In this document: positions 62,145-64,000 of the stretch, one piece after another
Layout: each line of letters opens with the position of its first letter
Position numbering within the stretch: position 1 is the stretch's first letter
The notes under the pieces: generated by a model
The model's database searches: none
What the model saw: only the letters and a program-made list of their open reading frames with translations
What the model was told of the DNA's origin: nothing
Position numbers and translations under genes: made by a program
NCBI GenBank assembly: GCA_002633005.1
Contig: NMRA01000127.1
Span: forward strand, 186,001-250,000
Origin: Phoronis australis
Taxonomy: Eukaryota; Animalia; Phoronida
Reading direction: 5' to 3'
Length of the DNA: 64,000 bases

Positions 62145-64000
62145 TCGGATGTAATCATTTTAATAATGGTTTAAGGAGAATACCACCAAAAACAACGGGT
62201 TTTTTTTCGGTTCACCGTCTTTGTCGTTATCAATATCTGGGAATCGAGAAATGTCTTATGTAGCATATGTATTTACATACAGTATAAACTACATGGATAT
62301 GCAATACATAGGTTAACAAATATCTTTTATCGAGAAATCGAGTATCATGAAATCAATACCGTACAAACCATAGTTCTATCAACAACAAAGAATAGGTACA
62401 ATTTACAAAACCACATCTACATGTGCGTCTCTGTTACAAATTAGCCCACACCTCAGGTATTTTCGTAGCTACAAAATATACGAAATGTTCCGGAAGCACT
62501 TTCATCTCAAGCTGACCTGGAACCATTTGTCCATCGCAGTCTTCAAATTTCCACTTCATCATGTTTTAGAAGCGGCATTAAACCCGTGTGTTTTCAGTCA
62601 AAATACACGTTGTTATTAAGGTTACTGCCTTTAATAAAATTGGTCTGACCTTGTTCCAAATTCAGTTCAAAAGAGATTTCTGGTATCGAGAAAGACTGAC
62701 ATTTGCCCAGACGTAGCAATTAAAATATCAGGTCACGCCGGGTGACATGGAATTTCATAAGCCTTGTTGCAAGCAATAACAAACTCAGCGATCGCGGCCT
62801 GAAATCACTTCAAAACAGAACAATTTGAGACCAATTGTGTAACAGCATGTGGCCTAAAACAAAATGTGTTTTAACACAAGCACATTCCGCGCAGCAAACT
62901 AATACATTTTGTAGGAACTGCATGACTTGTGTCGATGACGAACTCACAAGTTGTAGCAGTTACCCACACGAGGTGGCGTTAAGTGGGGTGAACTACACTC
63001 AAGTTACGCTTGCAATACACGATTTGCAGGCTTAAACTAAACAAATATGATGAAACACTGCCGAAACATTAATGCATTTTTATGCTTGCAACCATTCTGG
63101 TGCTTACCTATAAACATCTCACAAAATGTAATTAATATTAGCCAAGAAACAATTTTCATTAAGACATATTTTGGCAGCCATATTTCCTCAAGATCGTCTG
63201 ACAAATGGCTTCCACAAACAACACTTTCCAAACGGAAACCTTAAAGCATTATTAGCCTCTGCTGGGTGACTCCCGGTGTCGCAAAAGACATTTCTTCAAC
63301 ATAAGCCACACCGTTGTCAAGTAAATGGCTATTGCAAACAACCCAGACCCAACTTTCTATCTGGGTATTTTGAAGTCCTCAAATGAAACATCGTCTCTTT
63401 CGAGTTACAAACACCTTCCTCAACAACGCTTTCCATCTTAGATTTTTAGCGTTCTTAGGTGAAACATTGTTTTCGGTTGAGTTACTACTGCAGACATCTC
63501 CCTCGTCAACACTTTCCAATCAGAGGCATATAGGTGCTCTCATGTAAAACATTGTCGTCTGGTGGGTGACTACGCAAACACCTCCGTCGCCAACATTTTC
63601 TTGGCTTCACGTTCATTGCTACGGGCTGTTGAGTGACTAGAGCAAAGTACTGTACAACTAACCTCATCAAAGCTTTCCACGAATAAATATTTTGGTGTCC
63701 ATATTATCTTCCCTTCAGTGATTATTGTAAACGATATCTGATCTCCCTCACCAAAACTTTACATCAAGAACTAACACCGCATCTTCAAGTCAAATATTAC
63801 GGTAGGCTGCAGCAAACGATGTCTCCCTCATCAAGACTTTATATCTAGAAACGCTCTCGCGTAATTAATGAATTAGTTTCATCTACTGCAGACTGACTAC
63901 TTCAACGACATCGACAATATTTTCCATCCAAAAATAGTCTCACGTCCTCAAGTCAAAAGTACCCTCTGTTGAGTAATTACTGAAAAACTTAGGGATGAGG

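Overview
AT-rich eukaryotic (invertebrate-like) genomic window with one assembly gap (60008-60718). The only convincing host genes are three tandem, minus-strand class A (rhodopsin-family) GPCR paralogs with intronless coding regions (745-1962, 18250-19653, 44322-45725). They are of the FMRFamide-receptor-like/Srw-like type, with CERC in place of DRY and NFLLY in place of NPxxY. They sit in duplicated units about 17.6 and 26.1 kb apart and share a conserved upstream non-coding exon. Copy 1 has a frameshifted ancestral start codon and an in-frame TAG ahead of an intact C-tail. Copy 2 looks like a copy-1/copy-3 chimera. The spacers are filled with nested transposon relics: Tx1/L1, CR1/L2-like and Penelope-like retroelements, a Gypsy RNase H fragment, a solo LTR, a tRNA-SINE, PIF/Harbinger derivatives with Myb/SANT remnants, a TTAA Kolobok-like element, pogo- and IS3EU-like fragments, many MITEs with 5-bp TSDs, and a Helentron-like satellite. 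The most unusual mobile element is a P/Galileo-like one (7-bp TSD) that carries a THAP exon plus a stand-alone PHD-like zinc-finger ORF, with an inverted second copy. All family assignments come from motifs recognised by eye, not from database searches.
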